Notes under the pieces: model-generated
Database searches by the model: none
Seen by the model: the letters and a program-made list of their open reading frames with translations, nothing else
What the model was told of the DNA's origin: nothing
Program-made: the position numbers and the translations under genes
Origin: Eledone cirrhosa
Lineage: Eukaryota
Direction of reading: 5' to 3'
Length of the DNA stretch: 64,000 nt
NCBI GenBank assembly: GCA_964016885.1
Contig: OZ024741.1
Coordinates: 74,648,001-74,712,000 of the forward strand
In this document: piece by piece, positions 51,840 through 64,000 of the stretch
Layout: the number at the start of each line of letters is the position of its first letter
How positions within the stretch are numbered: position 1 is the stretch's first letter

Positions 51840-52744
51840 GCATATACACACATACATTATATATATATATATAGTTATTTATTGTGTATGCATGTCTAAG
51901 TGAGTTAACTGTATATGTATTAAATATATATTAATGTTACATTTTTATTGTTAATAAAAGGAAATATGATTTATAGCACAGTGGAAGTGGCTCTAAAAAA
52001 TAACCAATAATTCCTAGCAATATATATATATATATATATACATACACATACTGAAAGTAAGTGTTAAAGGTTAAGTATTAAATAGAAATGACATTAAGTT
52101 GTTTGTACTTAACACCAAACCCAGAAGAAAAATAAAATTACATGAGGAATAATTAGAAGAACTTAAATGTTTAGAGCAGATTGGGGAGTGGGAAAGTCAT
52201 GAAATAGTGGGTAGGAAGGTTAAGGGATAGGAAGAGAAAGATGGATAGATAGAGAGAGAGAGAGAGCAACAGAGATTGTGCTAGAGGAAAAAGGGTGATG
52301 AGATGGGGAGGAAGAGAGAGAGGGGGGAGAAAGAAAGAGCAAGAGTAATAATTGTTTCTACTTTAGGCACAAGGCCAGCAATTACCCAGTGTATTACTGG
52401 TACTTTATTTTATCGACCTCGTAAGGCAAAGTTAACCTTGGCGGGATTTGAACTCAAAATGGCAAGGGCCGTAACTCAATGCGCCAAAGCATGGCGTCCG
52501 ACCATCTACCGATACTGCCAATCCACAATGAAAATGGAAGTAAATGAAATGCACAAGAAAGAGAGAGGGTGGCAGGGTAGGAAGTGGAGGATTAAGGGGG
52601 TTTCAGAGAACATCTACTTTTCTAGTTGTTGACAAATTCTCAACTTGTGAGTGTTTAGCTCTTTTATATGTGTTCCTATAAACAATATGTGATTAAAAAG
52701 TGATAAACATGTCATTCTAACATGATGTCTATTACTGTTGGACT

Positions 52745-53020
52745 GCCCTCATTTCTGATGATGAGTGTTCCAGTTGATTCAATCAACAGACCTGCCTGCT
52801 CATGAAATTAACATGTCAGTAGCTGGGCATTCCACAGAAAGGTGTTCCCTTAATGCAGTTCTCTGAAAGATTCAGTGAAGTATGTGACAAATCTGACCCT
52901 TTGAAATACAGGTACATGGAAAAGAGTGTCTTGCTCAAGTACACATTGTGCTGTTGAGAATTAAACTCATTACCTCAGAATCAAATCTCATGCACCATAA
53001 CCACTATGCCATGCAGCTTC
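52745..53020 (-). mobile_element. SINE family D (degenerate relative at about 43370-43530)
   Basis: tRNA-like head at the right end (aaccactatgccatg), CORE-like gtgtcttgctcaag, tail ttccagttgattcaatcaac. Confidence 0.6.
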
Positions 53021-55453
53021 CCTGACATGGCATAACTGAAGGTGATAACACACAATCGAGTTGACAGGTGACTTACCAAACTTGTCCACCATGACAAACA
53101 TTACAATGCTAAAAGTAACTGTGTTTAGAAACTACTGAGAGATCTCTTTTAGCTTGCAGTAAATAAGACAAACTCTCTAGTATTGGTGTTATGACAGAAT
53201 GCATTAAGTATTCCATGTAAAGAGGTGATGTACAAACCAGAGAGGCCTCATTAGTGCTGGTACTTCAATAAAATGCACACTCTGTAATGTGGTTTGCACG
53301 CACAAGGAATGCCATAGAAATTGTGTCAAAATATGGCATGGATTAGCAAGATGTGGTTCTCTGACCAATTTAGTCTCAAGCTATAAACAACCAGTCCTAT
53401 TCATGCCAGCATGGAAAGCCAACAAAGGGGTGATAAAATACACTGAAGTATTTACAGAACTGAAGACTTAAAATGTTGTAGTTGTACTTGTTTAACAAAT
53501 TGACTTGATCTGAGACAGTGAGTTGAAACCAAAGAAATTATCATGGAAGTGTCACTTTAGCCATTTGAAAACACAAAAAGTTAAATGCACTTTACATTTA
53601 TTATTCATTTCATGATGTGAAAATTTTCGTCAAACCATTTGTGATCTGGTCACATACAGTGTGATGAAAATTTAGACACCAAGAAACAAATGATAAATTT
53701 AAAGTGAATTTAGCAGCTTTTGTGTGCATTTTGTTTTTGAATGGTTACAATGACGTTCCAAGATTTGAAATGTTATTGGAAAAACATTCAATTGCCCTTA
53801 CCACTAATACCTGTTTCTACTTTTGGCACAAGGCCAGCAAATTACCCAGTACATTACTGGTACTTTATCTTATCGACCCTGTAAGGATGAAAAGCAAAGT
53901 GAACCTCGGCGGGATTTGAACTCAGACCGTAAAGGGACGTTAACTATGCTGGAAAGCATAGCGCCCGACTCTCTACCGATACTGCCAAACAGCCAGTGAT
54001 CAATATCATCATTGAAAATAACAATAATAATAAATAAAGATATAAAATAATATTAAAAATAAAATGAGTAAATAAATTTGAAAATAAAAAATAAAAAACG
54101 AAACAAACAAAAACAAACAGAAGTCACTGACCTAACTTTGGCACCAACATTGAAGCCTCCCAGGAATTCAAGAGTTTCATCCTCTCTCACCTGGTCGAAT
54201 TTCAAAACAAAAAATAACCAACATTAGCTTTATAGAATATCCAAGTCCTTACTTAATGTAATTATAATAAAACGGAATGGAAACTATAACTAAAGCTTGT
54301 TTCCTTCAGTTCTCTGAGGAAAAGAAATAGTAATAATAATAATAATTGCTGTAATTATTTTTCATTAAAAGGACAAGTTCATAAACGAAGCCATTATTGC
54401 AATAAATTGGAAACAGCAATTTATAAATTTAGCTAAATTTATTTTTTTCTTAATTTTTATTTTAAGAATACTTATTCAAACTAAGATTTTGACAAGAAGA
54501 TTACTCTACTAGCTAATAATTGAAAGATTAAAGAAATAATGAAAGAACAGAATTTTTGTACTATATGCATATTTAAAATTGAAACCTATTTGGTTTTTTA
54601 AACAAATTTCTTTAATTGATAAATAATAAACATTGATTTATTGGCTTCATTTTGGTGCCAAAGTTTAATCAGTAGACAAGAGATACCATTGCATTCACTT
54701 ACTAGATCATTTACACTTTAAACTAGTTCAAAAACTGAAACAAATAAGAACAATGAAAATACAATCCTAATATTTTTTACTCCTTAATCTAGATCAGTGA
54801 TTCCTGACATAGGTACTATTTCCCTGCCTTAAGGGCACTGGGAGACTCAAAATGAACATTGGAATGCAAGGGGGTGGTCATCGGTAGGCAAGGAATGGAG
54901 GGGGAGATGAGGGTGTGGAAGTCAAATAATGGCAAGAGAGGAAAAAGCAAAGAATTAGTTGTGGCTTGTAAAAAAAATAAAAAGATGTCTTTATAAAAAA
55001 AATGCTTAAATGAAATTTTAAAAAAATTAATTTTATTTTCAAAGTATAACTTTTTAAAATTAATTGTACAGTGTGTGGGGGAGGGATTAAAAGGGCCAAT
55101 CTGTGGGTGATTGCTTCTGAGGCAGAATTCAGGTCCTGATCAATCCTGGCTGAGTCTCCTGCGCAAGATTGTCTGATGTCAAACAACCCAAAACACCTGA
55201 TGAACTCAGGTTGCACTACAGATTATGTATCTCAGAACATCTATGAGATGTATCTTGCATATATATTCTCTAAAAAGAGGGCAACACTAACAAAATATAT
55301 GTAAATACACAATAAATTTTCCTTTTGTTTGCTGCCAAAAAGAATATTTACATGTTTAGTAATTGTTTAGTAATCCTGGTATTTGAATACTATATGGTTG
55401 TGTATTATAATCTTTGTCATCATTATTTTATTTTCATTTATGTTCATTTTGAA

Positions 55454-55643
55454 GGGCGGTGGATTGGTAGTATTGGTAGAGGGTCGGACGCCATGCTTTC
55501 CAGCATAGTTACGCCCCTTTACGATCTGAGTTCAAATCCCGCCGAGGTTGACTTTGCCTTCATCCTTATGGGGTCGATAAAATAAAGTACCAGTAATGCA
55601 CTGGGTAATTGCTGGCCTTGTGCCTAAAGTAGAAACAATTATT
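55454..55643 (+). mobile_element. SINE family A, well-preserved full copy
   Basis: gggcggtggattggtagtattggtagag (A-box), gagttcaaatccc (B-box 55528-55540), body and tail. Confidence 0.92.
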
Positions 55644-57599
55644 TTATGTTCATTTTCTATGCTGACATGGTTTAGATGGGTCATTGCAGTCTGAGACTAG
55701 GCAGGCTGAAGAACCACATCTTGCTTATACATTCCATATTTTGGCATGGTTTGTATGTTTGGATTTCTTTGTAAGGTCAACCACTTAACAGCGTATGCTG
55801 GGTGTATTTTATTGTGCCACTAACAATAAAGAGATTGTTAAGTCAATGACAAAACTATAGGATCTCTCTCAACATTCGTTTGTCAACCACTTTACAGGAG
55901 TACTGAATGATTGTATCACTGTCTCATAAAAAGCCACTAAAATGGCAGGCATATCTGGATAAAAAACGACACTTCATTAAATGTACCCTATGATGAGTGT
56001 GAAACCAAGTGAAACACCCACCCACCTCTCTCTCTCTCTATATATATATATCTATATCATCATCATATTTTTAAGATGTTTGCTCTTCTAGCTAGGGTTG
56101 GATGGGTCATTTATAGACTAAGGCAATACTTATTTGGAGCTACTAAGTTCTCCGGTTGGTGAGGAGCATCTCATTTATATACATTCCAGCACTGAGTGCA
56201 TTTTATTGTAGCACCGGCGGTATGGAGGTTGTCATATTTTTGACACAGCTGAAGAGTCCTCCAAACTTGATTTCATCAATCCCAGAGCTCAGAAAGATGA
56301 AAGGCAAAGTCAACCATAGAAAGATCTAAACTCAGAATAACATAAGCAGCCATAACTACATCCTGTTGATGAGTGAATATTAGAATCATTAATATAAATA
56401 ATGACTGCAGTTGGATGGTATAATCAAATCTAGTAACATGAGCATCCTATGAACAACCTAACCTTATGAAATAGAAAACAATGCATTTAAACATTCCTAT
56501 GTTTCTGATGAGGTGGTGAATTGGCAGAGCCATTAGAACGTCAAATGGAATACTTTGCAGTATTTGTTCCAACTCTTTGAGCTCAGTTCAATCATGCCAA
56601 AATTGACTTTGCCTTTCATCCTTTCAAGGTCAATAAATAAAGTAATGTCTAGTACTGAGGTTGATTCTCCCTACAAATTTCTTTTTCACTTCCTCTCTCT
56701 CTCTCTCTCCTCCTCTGGGAGAAATCGGCTGCATTCAGACCTGGAGAAGGAAGAGCTCTGCCAAGTTTAATATGTCCAAGAAATGCTGTATGTCACTACA
56801 GTGCTCTAAAGATTCTCCTGGGAGTTATAGGCTCATACATACATCTTCTCAAGAACTGCTACAATAATGTATACTAAAATGTAAGCTGTCTATGAAACAA
56901 ATTAATGTAATTCTATTTAACCTATTCAATACAAAACTGTTTGACACTTCCCTTGTTCTGCAATACAAAGTTGTTTATCATATAGCATTTGTATTATTTA
57001 TTTTTTTATCTAAACACCTTCAGCATATCTTTTAAAGTTATACTACAAACACCAGATCAATGAGAAAGTTTGTTATATTACTAAATCACTCTAAATTCTT
57101 GATTATTTTCAAAACTATTTAAAAACTACAGCCACAGTCTTTCATTAGAAATATAGTCATGGAAGGGTTAAATAAAAATCTTCAAACATAATTCATATAA
57201 GAATTCTTTGTAATGTTATGTTACAAATAACATCTTAATAATTAAACAGTTGATAGTTTTAGTAAATTCCGCCAAAATATTTATTGAATAATTAAAATAG
57301 AGTGTATTTAATAAAAAATGTAGTCATAAAATGGTTAAAGCAGAAGAATTTTAAACATGATTTAAAGCAAATTTTAACCTTTTTGATACCAACCTGCCTA
57401 GGACCACTTTTGGTTTGGTGATAGAAAACCTCTCGTTTTAAAGAGTTCATGTGCTATTAAAACCACCATCATAATTTTATGTAAACAAATTGTTTCATTG
57501 TTAAGTTCCAAACAACAACTTTATAACAAAAAAATGTTAATTAGTTTCTTAGCAAAATCCCTTGATATTGTTGATTCGTTATGAAGTTAATTGAAACAT

Positions 57600-57830
57600 T
57601 TGATGGCCTGTGGTATCTAAAATGTTCAGGGGAGCTGGACCCCTGACAACGAAGTTTTTGTTAGTGTTGGTTGCTCATCTCACTGAAGTGTCAAGTGATG
57701 ATGCTCATGAAGCTGCTTGTCTATATCAGCAGTTTAACCTTGCCATCACCCAAGCTTGATTTGTCTCAAAACATTTTCAGAAAGCAACAGCAGCATTCCC
57801 TGTTGTAGTGTGTAATTTATTGTGAATGTG
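57600..57830 (+). mobile_element. Degenerate CRE-type retrotransposon 3' end
   Basis: GAGPLTTKFLLVLVAHLTEVSSD...EAACLYQQFNLAI, resembling the CRE C-terminus. Confidence 0.5.
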
Positions 57831-60800
57831 TTCTTCAAGTTTTGTTTTATAGATTTGTTTCTTTTGTAAATCATTTATTGGCTTTTCATTATTCATTATA
57901 TAAATTGTCCTTTATGCTATTTGAAATGAAATGAAACAGTAAACAGAAATTTACAGGCAGCAAGTATTGCATTAAAAATATGGTCATAAGGGTGTTAAAC
58001 ATAGGTAAATTATTCTTTTTGTAAGTATATGCTTGTAAAAACCTTTACATTAATAGCTAGTTATCTATCAAAAATCTATATATGCTTTACTAACTGTTGT
58101 AAAGTCAGCTAGGTCATATCATTTTATATGTAATTAAAAAAAATTTAACATACAACAAGCATTTTAAAGTTATTTTCTATCTTGCTCCATCCTATGCACA
58201 CACTTTCATTTACTGTCTTTTTAGCCATGTGGATCTTTGTTTTTTTCCCTTCTTCAACTTCCTTTAACATTCATTTCCATTACTCCTCTCAACCAGTCAC
58301 TCATACTTCCTCAACACATGACAGCCATCTCATTCCAAGTTATAGAGGAGGTTTAAATGTTCTTTGTACTTATTACACAGTAAATATTCCAAAGACATTA
58401 TCTAGATGAAATCTTCTTTTGTTTACACACTTCATGAATACTGATGCTGGAGAGAACCACTAGACTATTTGTTAGAAATAGCAGCCAAATCTCGCACAAC
58501 CTAGTATCATAAAAAAAAAGAAGATTGCAAATGCAGTTCAGAGTATGCTACTCTTGAAAGAAAGATAGGATGGCCATGACTTGAATGTATTTGATAAAGG
58601 CTCTCCTCAATCAGAGTCAAGAAAAAGGAAGAAGAGGAGGAAGAGCAAGGGGTGGGAAGAGGAGGAAGGGGAGGAGGCTAACACTAATTATATACCAGTT
58701 TTCTTTTAAATGAATCTTTTACACTATGTGTATCCAGTTTAAAATAGGTACAGCATATCCTTGCATATTGTAAGAAGCAACAAAAAACGTTGATGCCAGG
58801 AAGAGTTGTGGTTGTAATACACAGCTTCAAAATGGACCCGTGATGATTATGAAACCTGCCATGGGATCCAAAAGGGTAACATCTACTTTGAAAAAATAGG
58901 CTTTAAAATGCTTTTTGTCTTTATATGAATGCTTTAGTAACATTACAGTATAGAATATAACAAACATGTTATAAATATTTTACAGGTTAAAAACATTAAT
59001 GCTACCAAAATTATGCAAAGCATCTAGGTAAAAAAATATCAATGTTGGTTCCAGAATGTTTAAATCTGTTGAAACTAAACCACCTGTGACTATTCCTGGT
59101 TTTGACGTAAAGCTGTTTATTTTAAAATGTTAATATTTTTCCAGAACCCTTCTTTCAAAATGTTATGTATGAGCCTTTAAGTTATGCTCCCAGGATGAGC
59201 TTAATAATGAGACAATTAGTTATATTACTAAATCCTTACAAATTCTTGATTATTTTAAAAATGACATAGACAGTGTCTTTTATTAGAAATATGGTAATGA
59301 AAGGATTAAAATGGACTTCTTTCTGGTATGTAATTTTTGTCAATATATATTCATAAACAATCATTTTTCTTTATACTTTACATATTCTTAAACAATAAAG
59401 CCATTAAAATATATAGAGAAGATTCAACTGAAACTTATTTTTATTTGAATTCATGAAACAAAATTTGAATCAAGTCCTTAGCCAAAACCATTTTATCCTC
59501 TTTCTATTTCACTTAAATGTACTGCATTTTCATTTGAAACAACACCATTATTCTATATCTATTTATGGATTGGATGGGTCGTTTTGAACAAGGTAAGGAC
59601 TTAAATGGAGTTACTATCCTCATCAATGAGTTTGGAGACCATGGCTTGCTCAATATATTCCATTTTAGCACAAATTCTGCAGCCAATTACCTTACTGGAT
59701 GCAATTTATCATGTCACAAGCAGTAGAGAAGCTATCACATCCTTGATGTTGCTGAAGAACCCTCTCAACAATTTTGGTATGGTTTCTATAACTGGATACC
59801 CTTCCTAATACCAACAACTTTATAGAGAGTACTGGATGTATTTTATCATGGTACCAGCAACAAAAAGATTGTCATGAAATGAGGAAATAATTTCCATAGC
59901 TTACAAAGTTTGAGTAAAATTGATATGGGTTTTATTTATGCTAAAATTTTAAGCTGGAATGAATGAATATGTATATTGTTTATTATACAACCTAAGCCAA
60001 GGAAACAGTAACAAAGACAAGAAAGCATATACAATACACAGTATAAAGAAACTCCTACATGAAAAACATAAAAGCAATAAGTTTTCTAAACTTTACAAAA
60101 GCTTCAATCCCTATTTTCTCTGAGAAAGTAATTGCGATAAGAGAATGGTATCTGATATTTAAAAGCAATAATTAATTCTGATAATATCTTTAAAGTTTGG
60201 AGATTTTTATCATGACATTTAGTGCCTACTCTCTTTCAGTTTGCTTGAAATTCCATTACACCTTTTATGCACACACTATTTCAAGTAGATTAAGTAGCAT
60301 TGGACCAACTTTTACCCATAACATATAGATCTGCTGCAATTACATATTAGAAAGTGAGCTGCTGTTTATTCAAATACCAGGTTTTAAATGCTTGCAGATA
60401 TTCAGACCATATACGATAAGAACTAGCTGTATTCATATCTTCAGTTAGCTAAGGAAACTATATTTATCTTTCAATAAACAAGAAAAAAATGTATAAAATA
60501 GATCTTGATGATTGATTCAAATTATTTCCTGTAATAATTTATTTATTTATTTTCAGAAAGACTATTACAGTATTTGTACCTGACCATATTATATATTATT
60601 TTGCAAGGTATAAAACATTTTAATAAGGTTAAATGCCTCAGAATCTGTTCTTGCTTACTGTGCTCTGAGTTCAAATCCTGTCATGGTCAACTTTGCTTTT
60701 CATCCTTGATAAGGGGAGAACGACAGATAGGATCAACAATAGAAAGGCCAATGGAAATAAGAATATCTGATGATCAACTCATTTCCTATGATATTAAATT

Positions 60801-61170
60801 CAGTTCTAGGTTTTTGCTATCTCAAGGGGGGTAGCGTTTGTTTGTTTTTCACTTGACAACTATGGTAGTTATACCATTAAAAATGTGCAATATGTTATCA
60901 TATATAGTTGTATTTATTATGAACACAGAGAGATATTCAGTTACTTAGATGATTACTAAATCCTTTCTAATTAATTATTGTCATTAATCAGTGAAGTGGT
61001 CATATAGAGTTCCACATTAGCTAAACTATTTTGTATGTAAATTTATCATCATCCTCATCATTTTTATGCCAATGTTTCTTCCATGCTTCCATGAGTTAAA
61101 CTAGTTTCTCCAGAACAGTATCTCCCCACTTGTTTCTTTCCTTAGTCATATATGCATGTCTGTCTGTCTG

Positions 61171-61220
<50 letters not shown>

Positions 61221-61224
<4 letters not shown>

Positions 61225-61418
61225 GAAGGAGTTGTGGTAAGGAACCAGATGGACCATAACGCACCACTACTTAGGGTAGTAGAGTGGGTAATAGGAGAAA
61301 GTATGACTCCGACGGCAGAGCTCAAGCCATTTCAACGGCTACTTCTCGACTAAAGTCAAGAATTTAGTCCAGAAATAGCCGTTGAAACGGCTTGAGCTCT
61401 GCCGTTGGGGTCATACTT

Positions 61419-61422
<4 letters not shown>
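61221..61422 (-). mobile_element. Fold-back element, same family as 6561-6752, in the opposite orientation (hairpin 61295-61422)
   Basis: Shares gtggtaaggaaccagatggaccataacgcacca and GAAACGGCTTGAGCTC-GCCGT arms; the spacer is itself a hairpin. Confidence 0.85.
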
Positions 61423-61453
<31 letters not shown>

Positions 61454-61479
61454 TATGTACACCTTTCCTACACACTGAA

Positions 61480-61840
61480 AAGGCCATTTCCCCAAGGAGA
61501 TCAGGGCTCTGTCCTCCCCTCTACTTACTAGGACCTTAGTCTTTGTTAGGTTGACTTTAAGGCTCTTTGTTTCTTGGTCATGCTTCCAGGCTTGGAATTT
61601 TTTCTCAGTTATGAGTGTAAGATCATCTGCGTACAGGAGTTCCCATGGGCAGCTGGTCTTAAACTCCTCTGTACGATAATAAACAGGATAGGGCTAAGAA
61701 CCTCTGTTCTTAGCCGTATCTTGTTTATTATCATACCTGGTGAATGCCAACCTGCATGCCAAATTTGTCACTATAGTCATTAATCCTAAATTTGGTGACT
61801 AAGCAGGGAAAAGCAGACGTAAAATGATGATGATGATGAT
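61480..61840. mobile_element. Rearranged RTE insertion: minus-strand RT fragment, 31-bp hairpin, plus-strand (GAT)n tail
   Basis: The minus strand encodes VLSPILFII..TEEFKTSCPWELLYADDLTLI..KVNLTKTKVLV (homologous to 35110-35330); arms 61671-61701 and 61706-61736. Confidence 0.75.
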
Positions 61841-62006
61841 ATATATATATATATAAAAACACGGTGCTGTGTGGTTACTGATAAAGTGTATTTAGAAATG
61901 AAAGGAAAGCACAAACAAGAGACAGATCTCCTCTTCAGTTTTCTGCTGGGGGTGTCGGACGTTTCAACGCATTTATATATGTATATATATATATATATAT
62001 ATATCT

Positions 62007-62090
62007 ACCGTATATACTTGAATACAACCCCCTCCCCATTTTATGTCTGAGAAATGGACAAAAATCCAAACCCCATTTATAAGCCGAAGC
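62007..62090 (+). mobile_element. Possible pogo/Tc2-type non-autonomous DNA transposon end
   Basis: TA-CCGTATATACTTGAATACAA resembles the CCGTATATACTCGAGTATAA TIR. Confidence 0.35.
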
Positions 62091-63569
62091 AGCTAATCAA
62101 GACACTATGGAACTGTTTTGAAATTCTCATGAATAGAGAAAATATTTATGAAGTTTTAATATTTTGATATTTAAAATGTTCTAAGTGTCATTTGGACTAA
62201 AACACTTGCTTGAGGGGAGTTTCCTCTCTGAAGACCTTTTGTTGTCCAGCTCTCCTGAGATTTTCTCCCCACCCATAGTTTTTGTTTCACAAATCCACAA
62301 CATAATGACTTATAGAAGGGGGAGGAAGAGACATAAAACATGAAAGAGAAGAGGCAGAGCGAGAAAAAGCCAGAGTGAAGGAAAGGAGAGAAAGAGTGAA
62401 TGAAATAAAATAAAACAAATTTGAAAGAAAAAGTATAATTATGTAAATCACAGTAAAACAGTTGATGCATGTGTATGTGTGCATGTGTGTATGCGTATAT
62501 GTGTAAGGGATATTTATCTATCTATATACTACTAAAACTATGTGATTCTGTGCTTGTCTGTAATTTAATACAGCCAAAATGGTGCATAATGGGAAAATAC
62601 TTTGCAAGGAAGTTGCCCCTGAAATGGGAATACAAATGGAATAAAACAAGTTTGCATAAATTGGTTCCCGAGATACAGGCTTTTTCTGGGTACCTTCATA
62701 AATAGAGAGAGAGAAAGAGATAGTGATTGTGCGAGAGTAGATTGAAAGAGAGGCATAGAAAGAGAATATGTATACACACACACACATATATATATGGGCT
62801 TTCCAATTTCATTTTAAATTATATACATGCCTGTGTATATTTTAATTATTTTAAATATACACAGTCCTGTAGAAGCCATATATATATATATATATAAAGT
62901 GGTCGAGTGGGTGTCATGACAAAAAGTACCCAGCTGACACTGAAAAGTGGTCATGGAGATGTCAAGATAAAAACCACCTTGCACATATTGTAAATGTGGT
63001 TGGCGTTAGGAAGGGCATCCAACTGTAGAAACCTAGTCAGTAACAGTTCTATATGAGCAAGACACGGTCACCTGACCCAACCTGCCTCTAACCCATGCTA
63101 GCATGGAAAATGGACATTAAATGATGATGATATCATGATATATATCGCTCAGCTCAAGGTACTACCGGTCATGATTGTACCTGACCCTGGAATTGATAGC
63201 AACTATATATATATATATAATAATAATAATAATAATTGTTTCTACTTTTGGCACAAGGCCAGCAATAACCCAGTACATTACTGGTACTTTATTTTATCGA
63301 CCCCGTATGGATGAAAGGCAAAGTTAACCTCGGCGGGATTTGAACTCAGAATGGCAAGGGCCGTAACTCTATGCATCAAAGCATGGCGTCCGACCCTCTA
63401 CCGATACTGCCAATCCATGTATAATAATAATAATGATGAGTAGGAACAAGGTGTCAAAATATTGTCAGTATGTTTATTCACGTGTGATGTATGCTTTACA
63501 ATCGATCAGCTCAAGGTACAATCAGTACTGATTGTGCGCGACTGCAATCGATAGCTCATCAGACTCATG

Positions 63570-63890
63570 ATTTCATTAATGAAGGCCTCCTGCCTTCTAT
63601 CATTCATGAACACAGCCCCAAGATACTTGAACTAGATAGCAGTACATTGAGATTCATTCAATCCAAGTCTTGCAAGTGAAATTAGATAGAAGCTGTGAAG
63701 AAGTCCACTTCAGGATAGATAACACACAAGTTATGATTTATCTCTTATGTCTTTCTACTGTGATGTTTCTGAGCAGGAAGCTTTTTAAAGCACTTTTTAT
63801 GTTATGGTAGAGGTTAGTCTTACATGTTTCTGAGCAGCAAGTGTTTTAAGGCTATTTTCTTTGCTGAAGTAGGTTAGCCTTACAGACCCC
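63570..63890 (-). mobile_element. Degenerate RTE fragment with an internal duplication of about 60 bp
   Basis: The minus strand gives FKYLGAVFMNDRRQE, as in 7580-7620. Confidence 0.5.
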
Positions 63891-64000
63891 AATGGCAGGC
63901 TTAATTGCACACATGTAGTCATATTTAAGGCAATGTTTCACCACACGTGTCTGAGAATATGCAAAAAACAAAACAAAAAAAAACCAATAATAACAGTAAA

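Noticed and set aside
52750-52825. CTGATGA...tgag/ctca...GAAA hammerhead-like string
   Set aside because: Stems I and III do not pair; it lies in the antisense tail of a SINE and the related copy near 43370 lacks the motif
54795-54880. CAGTGATTCC hAT-like terminus; also a mariner-like terminus at about 62680-62700
   Set aside because: Only single degenerate ends were seen and no partner TIR was found
55454-55545. tRNA-like A/B-box sequences
   Set aside because: They continue into a SINE body and tail and occur in many diverged copies; SINE heads, not tRNA genes
61925-61970. Minus-strand GAAACGTC followed by CTGAAGA (possible permuted hammerhead)
   Set aside because: The intervening sequence cannot form stem I, and stem II is not closed

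Overview
AT-rich, repeat-dense eukaryotic DNA. The SINE families and (TA)n/(CATA)n microsatellites suggest an octopus or other coleoid cephalopod genome (recognised from memory, not searched). Only one host coding exon is evident: a minus-strand exon with CDS 16013-16926, which resembles the N-terminal extension of invertebrate eye-specific diacylglycerol kinase (rdgA/DGK-zeta). Most of the window is probably intronic. The rest is transposon-derived: a near full-length RTE LINE (32827-36545) and several RTE fragments, three CR1-type LINE fragments, R4/Dong-, HERO- and CRE-type remnants, a Penelope-like (GIY-YIG) remnant, many tRNA-derived SINEs and a TTAA/CCCTT piggyBac-like MITE. The most striking signal is a set of type I hammerhead ribozyme motifs (CTGANGA-stemII-GAAA-stemIII-NTH-stemI) in short Penelope-like terminal-repeat elements. 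Most lie in long fold-back palindromes (2645-3155, 13171-13450, 30521-31007). Four other hairpins fold back exactly at the ribozyme stem II (6435, 6561, 31039, 61295), and two ribozymes face each other at 43.6-43.9 kb. A candidate recursive splice site (Y-tract-CAG|GTAAGT) lies on the gene strand at 48367/48368. All folds and alignments were done by eye.
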